NCBI GenBank assembly: GCA_963707505.1
Contig: CAVPQB010000004.1
Span: 576,001 to 640,000, forward strand
DNA: 64,000 bases
Reading direction: 5' to 3'
From: an uncultured Gemmatimonadales bacterium
GTDB taxonomy: Bacteria > Gemmatimonadota > Gemmatimonadetes > Gemmatimonadales > Gemmatimonadaceae
Of the stretch, positions 37,018 to 47,636 are shown in pieces. The position numbers were made by a program, and so were the translations under genes. A model generated the notes under the pieces. The model saw only the letters and a program-made list of their open reading frames with translations. It did no database searches and was not told the origin of the DNA. The number at the start of each line of letters is the position of its first letter. Within the stretch, counting starts at the first letter, position 1.

Positions 37018-38298
37018 ATGAGGATGGCAGCACTTATTGCTTGCGTCCCACTGATGGCCGGCGCGCTCGGTGCGCAGACCACGACCAGCGACCGATTGCC
37101 GGGTCAGGGAGGGCAGGGTCTCACGCTGATGCTGCTGCCGCCGTCGCCGGAGACACACCAGCCGATACGTTACGTGCTGAACGAACCTGCATACGTTGCT
37201 GCCTTCCTCGTTTACCCAGGCGCAGGCGTGCGTCTGCTCTATCCGCTGGTCAATCAGTCTGAAAAACTGCACAGATCCGGATACAACACCGACGAGCTGA
37301 TCGGTGCGTCGTTCGACAACGACATCTACAACGTTGTTCTGGGGCCCAACGCTCACGGCGACGGACCGGTGTATCTCTACATGGTCGCATCAAAGCGCCC
37401 GCTCGATGTAGCGCGATACGTGCACAAGCCGATGACTCTCGCATCCGCCGTCGGCGAAAAGGAATCGCGGTCATTCTATTCCGACGTCGCATTCGACGCT
37501 CTGCTCAACAATGCGGTCTCACTGGGCGACGACGACTCGTGGGATTCCGACGTGTACATCCTGTGGCCGAGCGTCGATGGCAGTGCGCGTGGACGGACGC
37601 AACTCGCTCGCGTTCTGTGTGCGGACGGCATGGCTCGCGACGTTCCGATCGACTACCCGTTCTCCGGGTGTCCGGGGCAGCAGCACATTCGTCCGATCGC
37701 GCAGGTAGTGCGTCCGGTGCCGCGCACGGCTGTGGCGGGTGCGCAGTTCGCGGCGCCCTCCTTCGCCAATGCGCCGACCGTACTTCCAACGATCGTCGGT
37801 GATCGCGCCGCTGCCGCCCAGCAACGCGCTGCACGGGCGCGGGCAGGCGAGGGGCAGGGACCGATGATCATCACCGCCGCCAATGGTGATGAGGCTGTGG
37901 CGCAGGCCGCTACGTCGGCCGCGGCGGAGGGCTCTCAGGTGGAGCTGTTCGAGGGATCCGGACGAGCGCATGATCGTGCGCGGCGCGAGGACAACGGTCT
38001 GCGCACGCCATATTCGCCGGAGCAAAGACAGGAGTGGCGGCATCAGCACCCGGACGCCCGTATTGGCGGATCGCCGACGCTGGCGCCCAACCCGCGTCTT
38101 TCGCCGAACCCCGGACTCTCGCCGAACCCCGGACTCTCGCCGAACCCGGGCATGGGTGACCATCAGCGGTCGGCGCCGAGATTCGAGGCGCCTCGATCGA
38201 TGGGCTCGAGCCCGCCGCCGATGCGGAGCGCGCCCCCGGTCGGCCAGCTGCCGGCACCAAGCAAGGGAACCAGCATGCCAGCGAAACAGGATCACTAG
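37018..38298 (+). CDS. Exported hypothetical protein, DUF4384-like N-domain + disordered Pro-rich tail
   Basis: Signal peptide; IRYVLNEPAYVAAFLV..GAGVRLLYP and YLYMVASKRPL resemble DUF4384; low-complexity C-terminus. Confidence 0.65.
   Translation: MRMAALIACVPLMAGALGAQTTTSDRLPGQGGQGLTLMLLPPSPETHQPIRYVLNEPAYVAAFLVYPGAGVRLLYPLVNQSEKLHRSGYNTDELIGASFDNDIYNVVLGPNAHGDGPVYLYMVASKRPLDVARYVHKPMTLASAVGEKESRSFYSDVAFDALLNNAVSLGDDDSWDSDVYILWPSVDGSARGRTQLARVLCADGMARDVPIDYPFSGCPGQQHIRPIAQVVRPVPRTAVAGAQFAAPSFANAPTVLPTIVGDRAAAAQQRAARARAGEGQGPMIITAANGDEAVAQAATSAAAEGSQVELFEGSGRAHDRARREDNGLRTPYSPEQRQEWRHQHPDARIGGSPTLAPNPRLSPNPGLSPNPGLSPNPGMGDHQRSAPRFEAPRSMGSSPPPMRSAPPVGQLPAPSKGTSMPAKQDH
38101..38150 (+). repeat. 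In-frame 18-bp tandem repeat (SPNPGL x3)
   Basis: tcgccgaaccccggactc at 38101 and 38119, partial at 38137; degenerate APNPRL copy just upstream. Confidence 0.85.
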
Positions 38299-38320
38299 GA
38301 AGGGTGTAATTGAGTGTCAG

Positions 38321-38356
38321 CGGGCGGGTGATCGGTCCCAATCGATCATCCGCCCG
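38321..38356 (+). terminator. 16-bp hairpin between the hypothetical gene and the glmS leader
   Basis: cgggcgggtgatcggt-ccca-atcgatcatccgcccg; no U-tract. Confidence 0.45.
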
Positions 38357-38462
38357 TCCCGCGTCCTGGCGTAGCCACCCATGCGCGCGACCTCTAAATT
38401 GGGCAGTACGTGGCAGCCGCCCTAATTCGGGTGGCCTATCCCCAAACAAGAAACAAATATTC

Positions 38463-40289
<1,827 letters not shown>

Positions 40290-40295
40290 CGGGCA

Positions 40296-41000
40296 TCAGA
40301 CCGCGCGACACACGAGCTGATCGTGAACGAAGGTGTCGGGCCGGTCGATGAGTCTCGCTCCATTTTCGGAAAGTGTTACCGCGCGACCGGTCGCGCGGCG
40401 CACATAACGCAACGCCACCATGCGTTCGAGGATGGCGGCACCCAGCGAGCCGGCGAGGTGGGTGCGTCGCTCACTCCAGTCGAGGCATGGACGACACAGC
40501 ATTCTTCGCCTAGCGCGCAGGGCGTGGAGATCGATTCCCAGCGCGGTGGCCCATGTCTCCCCGCGTGGACTGAGCGCAAGCGAGTCGTCATCGCCAACCA
40601 GCAGCGCGTGCTCCCTGAGCCGCATGAGAAGCCGGACGGCGGTCTCGCCGGCAAGATGATCGTAGCAGACGCGCGCGTGGCGTAGGGCGGGATCCCGCGG
40701 TCCCGTCGTGATCCTGGAGCCGCCGGAATTGGCCAGATTGGCCATGCCTTCGAGCATCTCGGCCACTTCTGGACGCGCAATTCTGAAGTAGCGGTGGCGG
40801 CCCTGGCGGGCCACCGAGACGAGTCCGGCTTCCATCAGGCGGCCTAGATGGCTGCTGGCAGTTGACGCCGTCACGCCGCCATCCAGGGCCAGTTCCGTGG
40901 CAGTGAGGGCCTGGCCGCGCATCAGCGACATCAACATGCGGCCTCGAGTGGGATCCGCGATCGCGCCGGCCACGAAGGCCATGTCGGGGGTGTCGAGCAT
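40296..41000 (-). CDS. ArsR/SmtB-like winged-helix regulator with C-terminal Cys motifs
   Basis: IADPTR..ML..L, TATELA, STASSHL, QGRHRYFR, ARVCYDHLAG, CRPCLDWSERRTHLAG. Confidence 0.88.
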   Translation of the reverse strand: MLDTPDMAFVAGAIADPTRGRMLMSLMRGQALTATELALDGGVTASTASSHLGRLMEAGLVSVARQGRHRYFRIARPEVAEMLEGMANLANSGGSRITTGPRDPALRHARVCYDHLAGETAVRLLMRLREHALLVGDDDSLALSPRGETWATALGIDLHALRARRRMLCRPCLDWSERRTHLAGSLGAAILERMVALRYVRRATGRAVTLSENGARLIDRPDTFVHDQLVCRAV

Positions 41001-41022
41001 ACTTCGATGGTAACCGAAGCAT
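40999..41022. promoter_or_regulatory. Palindromic operator CTTCG-N8-CGAAG between the divergent regulator and target
   Basis: atACTTCGatggtaacCGAAGcat overlaps the regulator's TACCAT -10 and start codon. Confidence 0.65.
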
Positions 41023-41053
41023 GGTCGCAGGGGAAGGTTTACGTTCTCGGACG

Positions 41054-41914
41054 ATGACATGGCACTCCCGCGCCGCGGCTTTCCGCGCTCTGCATCACGG
41101 TCCGACGATTCTCGTGGTTCCAAACGCATGGGACGCGGTCAGCGCGCGTCTGTTCGAGATGGCGGGATTCGGCTGTGTCGGGACGACGAGCGCGGGGATC
41201 GCATGGTCGCTCGGATATCCGGACGGACAGAAAATTCCGCGCGATGAGATGGTTGCGGCGGTCGAGCGAATCGTGTCTGCTACGAATCTGCCTGTAACAG
41301 CCGACATCGAAGCGGGTTATGGGGTTTCGCCGGCATCTGTCGCAGAAACGGTGCGGCTGGCGATCGACGCCGGCGCTGTTGGCGTGAACATCGAGGATGC
41401 AACTGGCGATGGCGGCGATTCACCGTTGTTCGAGATATCGCTGCAACGGGAGCGGATAGCTGCTGCGCGGGAGGCGGCGGACAGCGGCGCAGGTCGCGGT
41501 GAGGGCGCTGTCGTGAACGCACGAACTGACATGTTCTGGCTTTCCGTCGGTCATGAAGAGACGCGGCTGGAGCGTTGTCTCGAGCGGTTGGAGGCGTTTC
41601 GTGCTGCCGGTGCGGATTGCGTCTTCGTGCCGCGCGTGCAGAGCCCGGACGTCATACGTGACATTGTGAAACGCGCGGGTTTGCCACTCAATGTGCTTGC
41701 GAGTGCCACCGGGCCTGAGGTTCGTGCTCTCGAGAAGTTGGGTGTCGCGCGTGTGAGTGTCGGATCCGGGATCGCCCGAGCGGCTGCTGCTGCGGTGCAG
41801 CGCGCCGCTCGGGCGTTATCGTCTGGCAGCTTCGCTGAATTTCTGGCCGATGCAGTCGGCTACGCGGAGATGGACTCGCTCTTCGCTGAGGCACGCACCA
41901 CCGCGACGCGATAG
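41054..41914 (+). CDS. Isocitrate lyase/PEP mutase family protein
   Basis: PNAWDAVSAR, TTSAGIA..LGYPDG, PVTADIEAGYG, GVNIED, NARTD, AGADCVFVP, ARVSVG. Confidence 0.9.
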   Translation: MTWHSRAAAFRALHHGPTILVVPNAWDAVSARLFEMAGFGCVGTTSAGIAWSLGYPDGQKIPRDEMVAAVERIVSATNLPVTADIEAGYGVSPASVAETVRLAIDAGAVGVNIEDATGDGGDSPLFEISLQRERIAAAREAADSGAGRGEGAVVNARTDMFWLSVGHEETRLERCLERLEAFRAAGADCVFVPRVQSPDVIRDIVKRAGLPLNVLASATGPEVRALEKLGVARVSVGSGIARAAAAAVQRAARALSSGSFAEFLADAVGYAEMDSLFAEARTTATR

Positions 41915-41924
41915 CGTCACGGAG

Positions 41925-42131
41925 CTATCGCGTCAGTGCGTAATAAACGACGTAAAACCAGGAGAAGAACCCCTGGATGATGGCCCAGATGATGGAGTGG
42001 TGCTCGCTCCATGAGATGACGATCGCCAACGCGGAGCCGAAGCTGGCGCCTGCCTTGGCCGCCTGCATCGTTCGGTTGACCGGTCCGCGGCGGCGCGGCT
42101 CGTCGTCGTAAACGTCTCCGCTATAGCTCAT
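41925..42131 (-). CDS. Small conserved membrane protein (68 aa)
   Basis: FGSALAIVISWS..HSIIWAII.GFFSWFYVVYY; ATGA overlap with upstream gene. Confidence 0.75.
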   Translation of the reverse strand: MSYSGDVYDDEPRRRGPVNRTMQAAKAGASFGSALAIVISWSEHHSIIWAIIQGFFSWFYVVYYALTR

Positions 42132-42403
42132 CGATCCTCCATGCCGACGGGTACGCGCGCACCATCACTGAGCAGCTTCGTGCTGAAGCGCTGGCCTTCT
42201 GCGATTCGCTCAACTTCAACGGCGATCGCATCGAGCGACTGTTGAAGCTGAGCGAATTGCTCGTCATAACGCGGCTGCGGAAGCTGTGCAGGATCCTTTC
42301 GACGGAACGCGCGCAACGTCCACGTGCCGATGACTGCAAGGCAGCCGAGCGAGAGCACGCACACGACCATCACGAAAGCAAAGGTTATTGCATCAGGATC
42401 CAT
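42128..42403 (-). CDS. Small single-TM coiled-coil hypothetical protein (91 aa)
   Basis: TM helix then LQQSLDAIAVEVERIAEGQRFSTKLL; SD ggaggg. Confidence 0.75.
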   Translation of the reverse strand: MDPDAITFAFVMVVCVLSLGCLAVIGTWTLRAFRRKDPAQLPQPRYDEQFAQLQQSLDAIAVEVERIAEGQRFSTKLLSDGARVPVGMEDR

Positions 42404-42461
42404 GGATTCCCTCCGTTGACGGCATCAGTGCCGAATAATACTCCCGGATCCTGAGCGTTCC

Positions 42462-45400
42462 CTATGCCGGATCAGGTCCCTCGTCGCCGTCCCCATCTTC
42501 GTCGGCCTTGGAGTGAGACACCGTAGTGCCGGTGTGGGTTTCCACCGTTCGTTTGTCGTGGGCGGAGAGACCGGCACCACAGGCGGGGATCGACAGTGAG
42601 GAAGAAGCCGCGTGCACGGGTGCGACGTGGCTCTTCGCAAGCGTGGCGTTGAGCGCCGGCAGATCCTTGCTGTTTACGGCCTGCCAGTTCTTGAGCACCG
42701 TGGCAAGCTGCGCGCAGTCGGCGGCGTATCCGCGAAGCGTGGCAGCCGTGGGCGCCATGTCGCCGTTGTCGAGTGCGCTCAGCTCGCGTCCCATTACTCC
42801 GTTCACGCGAACGAAATTTGGCGGGGGCGGCGGGCCGCCACGCGAGAATCCGCGCCCGCCACTCGTCGAGCCGGCAACGGCCTCGAGCTTCGCGTCGAAC
42901 GCCTTGAGTGCCGACGCCGCTTCGGCTGACGGGTCGGCGCTGGATAGAGCCGCGACGGCGGTACGCATCGCCTCGACCTGATTGTAACCATCCCACGATG
43001 CCTTCGCTCCGGCGTCGAGCTTCATCAGGAGCTCATGCTGTGCAACTACCGCGGCGACAGTCGCGGGCGAGCGTGGGTCGTTCTTCACCGTTACAGTCTG
43101 CGTGTACGTTTTGCCGTCCACGTTCAGCTTGAGCGTGTAGGTGCCCGGCGGAGCCATCGCGCCTTCGGGAGAGGCGGGGGTGAGGCCAGGATTCGCGTTG
43201 ATCTCGAAGCTGTGCGAGAAGGCTGGCGGTGCGTCGTGGCGCAGATCCCAGTTGCCGCGGTTGGTGCCGACGTTCGCGGACAGCGCCTGGGGCGGCGCGA
43301 TCCAGAAGTTGGGCTCTGGCGGCTCAGCGGCCTCCTTCACCGGCTTGTCCGGTACACTCGACATGTGACGAACTACCTTGCCAGACGCGTCGATCACTTC
43401 GAGTGTCACCGGCGACGACGGCGTTGACGCGAGCGAGTAGTAGAACACGACACCATCGGGTGGATTCAGAGCGTGGGCGACTTCCGGCGGGAACGGAGTA
43501 TCCGCATTCACATTGCGGCGAACGCGAATCGTCTCGTCCGGCTTGAAGAAGTGCACCGGCTCGGCGCCGATCGCCGGTGTTATCTGACGCAGCACCGCGT
43601 AGTCATCGAGTACCCAGATTCCGCGGCCGTACGTTCCCGCGATGAGATCGTTGCCGTTGAAAGTGATGTCGCGGTACGACGTGTTGGGAAGGTTCAGCAT
43701 CAGCGACTGCCAGTTGTCGCCGTCATCGAACGAGACGTAGATGGAACTCTCGGTGCCCGCGAAGAGCAGGCCGGGCTTTTTCGGATCGCTGCGAATGACA
43801 CGTGCGAAGCTGCCGTTGGACTGATCCGTCGCCATTCCATTCACGATCTGCGTCCACGTCTTGCCGTAATCGTGTGTGCGGTAGAAGTATGGCTTGTAGT
43901 CGCCGATGGTGTGATAATCGATCGCGACGTACGCGGTCGCCGGATCCTGATGCGACGCGTCGATTCCGGAGATGTCTGCGCGAGCACGATTCGGAAGGTT
44001 CGCGATGCTGACGTCGTCCCACGTCGCGCCATGATTGCGAGTCAGCTTGATGAGTCCGTTATTGGTGCCGACCCAGATCATTCCGGCCGTGGCGCCTGAT
44101 ACCGACATGGACTCGATCGCGCTGCGATTTGGCGGTGCGGCGCCTTCGCCACGCGGGGCTGCGCCGGCTACTGGCGGCGACTCTCCCTTTGCGTAGGTCA
44201 GATCCGGGCTCAGCTTCTTCCACGTAACGCCTCCATCGGTAGTCGATGCGACGTACTGGAATCCGGCGAAGAGCTCGTGCTGATTGAGCGGCGAGAACAT
44301 GATCGGTTGCGACGAAGTCGTGCGTGCTTCCGTGCTTGGGTCCGCCGCGGGGCTGACGTTGATCCACTGCTCGCTCGGATAACTGATCTTGACGATGCCG
44401 GATCCGCTTGCGTAGACGATCTTTGGATTGAGCGGATCGGGTACGATTGTGCCCCACTCCCAACCTGGCACGGGACTCCAGTCCAGACTGGTGATCTCGC
44501 CCAGGTTGCCGCGCGACAGCGTGCGAACGGCGCCTGCATCCTGCTGCGTCGCGTAGACCCAGTACGGATACGAGTTGTCGGTGGAGAGGTGATAAACCTG
44601 CTCCGTCGACTGATTGTACCACGGGCTCCACGTGCGACCGCCGTCGAGTGAGACCGTTGCGCCCTGGTCTTCGCCGAAGAAGAGGCGCTGGCCGTTGGTG
44701 GGATCGACCCACATCTGCTGCGGATCGTCGCCGCCCGGCGCGCCCTTGAAGCCGGTGAACGTGTTACCGCCATCAGTGGAGATGTAACTCGACGTGCTGA
44801 CGACGTAGACGACGTCCGGGTTCTGCGAGTTGACGTACACGCCACAGTTGTAGCCGCCCTGTCCATTGGCGATGCGCTTGTCCGTCGAGTCCATCTGGCG
44901 CCAGCTCGTGCCGCCGTTGTCCGAGCGGTACAGGCCGGAGTTCTCGACCAGGTACATGCGCTGCGCGTTGGTATGCATCGCGATTGCAACGGAGCTTCGG
45001 CCGGACAGCGCGGGAAGTCCGCTGCCCTTGATCTCCTTCCACGTCAGTCCGTCGTCGGTCGACTTGTACAGCGCCGTGCCGCCAGCGGGACGCGGTGTGC
45101 TCGCGCTCGGTATTCCGGGAGCGATGTAGTGTCGCACGGTGGTTGCGAGTATCACGTTTGGCTGATCGTACGCGCGCGCCAACTTCTGAATGCCAGTCGA
45201 GTCGTCGACGTAGAGTGTCTTCGTCCACGTCTTGCCGCCGTCCGTGCTGCGGAATACGCCGCGCATGTCGGAATGGGCGTGGATGTTTCCTTGCGCCGCG
45301 ATCATGACGGTATTGGGATCCTGCGGATCGACGATGATCGATGGAATCTGTTTGGTCGCATCGAGCCCGAGGTGCGTCCAGGTCTTGCCGGCATCCGTGG

Positions 45401-45812
45401 ACTTGTAGACCCCGTTACCCTCGTTGATTCCGCCGCCGGTAATCATGTCGCCCATTCCGACGTAGATCACGTTGGTGTCGGATGGAGCGACTTCGATCGC
45501 GCCGACCGACGAAGCTTCCTTGACGGCGTCGAAGATCGGAAACCATGTGTGGCCGTCGTTGGTTGTTTTCCAGACTCCGCCAAGTGGATAGCCCGCGTAG
45601 AATACGCCGGGCTCACCGATCGCGCCGGAAACTGCGGAGACACGGCCGCCGCGGAAGGGGCCGAGGTTACGCCAGACGAGGCCTGCGAACAGATCGGCCT
45701 TTATGGGTGCCGGCGCGAGGTGACGCGGAGGAACCGCGGCCATGGTGACGAGTCCAGTAAGGAGCAGCGAAGCTCCCGAAATCAAAGCAATTGTCAGACG
45801 ACCCCGTTTCAT
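42462..45812 (-). CDS. Secreted VPS10/BNR-repeat beta-propeller glycosyl-hydrolase-like protein
   Basis: WRNLGPFRGGRV; many Asp-boxes (KSTDAGKTW, RSTDGGKTW, RSDNGGTSW, RTHDYGKTW, SFDDGDNW); C-terminal PGTYTLKL and helical tail. Confidence 0.88.
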   Translation of the reverse strand: MKRGRLTIALISGASLLLTGLVTMAAVPPRHLAPAPIKADLFAGLVWRNLGPFRGGRVSAVSGAIGEPGVFYAGYPLGGVWKTTNDGHTWFPIFDAVKEASSVGAIEVAPSDTNVIYVGMGDMITGGGINEGNGVYKSTDAGKTWTHLGLDATKQIPSIIVDPQDPNTVMIAAQGNIHAHSDMRGVFRSTDGGKTWTKTLYVDDSTGIQKLARAYDQPNVILATTVRHYIAPGIPSASTPRPAGGTALYKSTDDGLTWKEIKGSGLPALSGRSSVAIAMHTNAQRMYLVENSGLYRSDNGGTSWRQMDSTDKRIANGQGGYNCGVYVNSQNPDVVYVVSTSSYISTDGGNTFTGFKGAPGGDDPQQMWVDPTNGQRLFFGEDQGATVSLDGGRTWSPWYNQSTEQVYHLSTDNSYPYWVYATQQDAGAVRTLSRGNLGEITSLDWSPVPGWEWGTIVPDPLNPKIVYASGSGIVKISYPSEQWINVSPAADPSTEARTTSSQPIMFSPLNQHELFAGFQYVASTTDGGVTWKKLSPDLTYAKGESPPVAGAAPRGEGAAPPNRSAIESMSVSGATAGMIWVGTNNGLIKLTRNHGATWDDVSIANLPNRARADISGIDASHQDPATAYVAIDYHTIGDYKPYFYRTHDYGKTWTQIVNGMATDQSNGSFARVIRSDPKKPGLLFAGTESSIYVSFDDGDNWQSLMLNLPNTSYRDITFNGNDLIAGTYGRGIWVLDDYAVLRQITPAIGAEPVHFFKPDETIRVRRNVNADTPFPPEVAHALNPPDGVVFYYSLASTPSSPVTLEVIDASGKVVRHMSSVPDKPVKEAAEPPEPNFWIAPPQALSANVGTNRGNWDLRHDAPPAFSHSFEINANPGLTPASPEGAMAPPGTYTLKLNVDGKTYTQTVTVKNDPRSPATVAAVVAQHELLMKLDAGAKASWDGYNQVEAMRTAVAALSSADPSAEAASALKAFDAKLEAVAGSTSGGRGFSRGGPPPPPNFVRVNGVMGRELSALDNGDMAPTAATLRGYAADCAQLATVLKNWQAVNSKDLPALNATLAKSHVAPVHAASSSLSIPACGAGLSAHDKRTVETHTGTTVSHSKADEDGDGDEGPDPA

Positions 45813-45952
45813 GCAGCGTTCCTGGCAAGGGTTAGAAATTGTGGCGTGTAAGCATACTTCACGTTATGGATACGCGTCAGGGACGCATATCGTGGTCGCG
45901 ATCGTAGTGCAAAAATCTTTATCAATTCTTGCCGTCCGATGGATCGGGTCTC

Positions 45953-45996
45953 AAAAAACGAAGTGCCGCGTCCGATCGGGAAACGCGGCACTTCGT
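45953..45996 (-). terminator. Intrinsic terminator of mscL
   Basis: 14-bp stem acgaagtgccgcgt/acgcggcacttcgt with a T6 tract on the minus strand. Confidence 0.85.
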
Positions 45997-46027
45997 GGTT
46001 CGCGATGATGACGGTGGTCGCGAGGAT

Positions 46028-46477
46028 CTATGCGGCTTTCAGCTCTGACGTGCAGTGCGGGCACCGAGTTGCCGCGATCGGAATGTCCATCGCGCAATAC
46101 GGGCACGGCCTGGTGGTGGCCGCCGCTGCGGGTTTCTTGTAAACCTTGTTTGCCGAGCGCACGACCATGAAGATCGCGAGTGCGACGATGAGGAACGTGA
46201 TGATGTTATTGACGAACATTCCGTAGTTCAGCGTCACCGCGCCAGCCGCTTTCGCATCAGCTAGCGAGGCGTAAGGCGGAGCTGACTTTACGCCATCCTT
46301 GAGTAGCACGTACAGGTTGGAGAAGTCAACGTGGCCAAGCAGGAGGCCAATGGGTGGCATGATCACGTCGTCCACGAGCGATTTTACCACAACGCCGAAC
46401 GCCGCTCCGATCACTACCGCAACGGCCAGGTCAAGCACGTTGCCGCGCATGATGAATGCTTTGAAGTCATTCCACAT
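46028..46477 (-). CDS. mscL: Large-conductance mechanosensitive channel with C-terminal zinc ribbon
   Basis: FKAFIMRGNVLDLAVAVVIGAAF, LV.DVIMPPIG, YG.F...II.FLIVA, CPYC...CPHC. Confidence 0.95.
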   Translation of the reverse strand: MWNDFKAFIMRGNVLDLAVAVVIGAAFGVVVKSLVDDVIMPPIGLLLGHVDFSNLYVLLKDGVKSAPPYASLADAKAAGAVTLNYGMFVNNIITFLIVALAIFMVVRSANKVYKKPAAAATTRPCPYCAMDIPIAATRCPHCTSELKAA

Positions 46478-46510
46478 CGGCAGATCTCCCGCGAGAGGGT
46501 GAACAGGACT

Positions 46511-46553
46511 GAAAAGAAGATACGCGCCGACGGAGTGTCCGCCAGCGCGTATC
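46511..46553 (-). terminator. Intrinsic terminator of the cupredoxin gene
   Basis: gatacgcgc...gcgcgtatc stem followed by ttcttttc on the minus strand. Confidence 0.65.
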
Positions 46554-46565
46554 GGGGCCGATCCG

Positions 46566-46589
46566 GCGGTCAGTTGTACAACTGACCGC
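46566..46589. repeat. Perfect 24-bp palindrome
   Basis: gcggtcagttgtacaactgaccgc equals its own reverse complement. Confidence 0.9.
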
Positions 46590-46607
46590 TCGCATCCTGA
46601 CAGGATG

Positions 46608-47489
46608 TTACATGACCGTGATCGTCTTGGTCATGCCGTGCATGAAGTGTGGTTTCCCGTCCTTGACGTCCGGGAGAAAACAGATCAACGCGTACTGTCC
46701 GGGGGTGATATCGGCGGTGAAGTAGTTCGTGTCGCCGATGAAACCCGCGACGCCGCCAATCGCGGACGCTGGTGGTGGACCGGCCGGCTTGTTCATCCAT
46801 CCGAGCAACTGCTCGACAGTCTTGCCGGGTGCGAGCCTGACGAGCTCCACCTCGTGTGGCTGCGATGCGCCATTGGTCACCGCAAACGTGTGTGTCCCCG
46901 CTGTCAGCGGCTTTGAAAGATCGAATCCGTAATCAACGAGCTTGATGTTTACATCGGCAACCGGAGCCGTCGCGGGCGCGCCGGCGGGCGCGGCGCCGAC
47001 AGTGAAGGCCTTGATCATTCCCTTCGCGAAGTGCGGTACGCCGCCTGGAACGTCCACGAAGCAGACCATCGCGTAGTTGCCGGGAGTGAGGTCGAGCGTC
47101 GCGTTCGATTCCTTGGTCGGGTCGGGCGCGTTCGGGCCACCCATCGGTACTGCCCACATCGGCGGCGCGGCTGGGAGAGCAAGCGCCGCCTCGAGATTCT
47201 GGATAGTCTTGCCGCTGTCCAGTCGAACGATGGTCAGGTGGTGCAGGTCCTTGCCGTCGTTGACGAGCTTGAATGTCGTCAGGCCGGCGGGAATCTCGGA
47301 TGGACCGTCGTACGAGAAATCCTTGGCGTGAACCGTGACGACATTGGGTGCGGTCGCCGTCGTGGATGCGGTTGTTGCAACTGTAGCAGCGGTCGTCGAA
47401 TCTTTCTTGGCGACCGACGCGCTTTCCTTAGGTGTACAGGCAGCAATAACGAATACGAACGTTCCAGCCAGGGCTAGCCGGGTGCGCAT
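46608..47489 (-). CDS. Lipoprotein with two tandem cupredoxin-like (type-1 copper) domains
   Basis: Lipobox IAAC. Repeat 1: N.G..LHH...PGNYAMVCFV..PGGVPHFAKGM. Repeat 2: NG..QPHE...PGQYALICFLP...KPHFMHGM. SD ggagagg. Confidence 0.8.
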   Translation of the reverse strand: MRTRLALAGTFVFVIAACTPKESASVAKKDSTTAATVATTASTTATAPNVVTVHAKDFSYDGPSEIPAGLTTFKLVNDGKDLHHLTIVRLDSGKTIQNLEAALALPAAPPMWAVPMGGPNAPDPTKESNATLDLTPGNYAMVCFVDVPGGVPHFAKGMIKAFTVGAAPAGAPATAPVADVNIKLVDYGFDLSKPLTAGTHTFAVTNGASQPHEVELVRLAPGKTVEQLLGWMNKPAGPPPASAIGGVAGFIGDTNYFTADITPGQYALICFLPDVKDGKPHFMHGMTKTITVM

Positions 47490-47520
47490 GATTTTCCTCT
47501 CCGTTGTGGACTTGCTGGAG

Positions 47521-47597
47521 AAGCTAGGGCTGCGCGGTTGCATGTCAAGCACGGAACAATCCGCACGACACTCGGCACGCCACTCTTCACAACACTC
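47521..47597 (-). promoter_or_regulatory. Sigma-70-like promoter (TTGACA-16-TAGCTT) with upstream 12-bp direct repeats
   Basis: -35 at 47548-47543 and -10 at 47526-47521; nnCACnnCACTC repeats (+ strand) at 47562, 47574 and 47586. Confidence 0.55.
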
Positions 47598-47636
47598 CGC
47601 TCCGATGTACCCGAGCGAAGGGAATGGCTGCACGCG

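Noticed and set aside
38080..38150. Short repeats here and at 5415 and 12243 as CRISPR arrays
   Set aside because: Head-to-tail repeats with no spacers, and no cas genes.
38299..38462. Canonical glmS ribozyme; also the N-terminally extended glmS ORF from 38310
   Set aside because: The AGCGCC/GACGAGG core is absent. GlmS needs Cys at position 2, so the start is 38463.
40296..41000. This ArsR-like gene as the missing acr3 repressor
   Set aside because: Different, longer subfamily with its own CTTCG-N8-CGAAG palindrome, divergent from an ICL/PEPM-family gene ~10 kb away.
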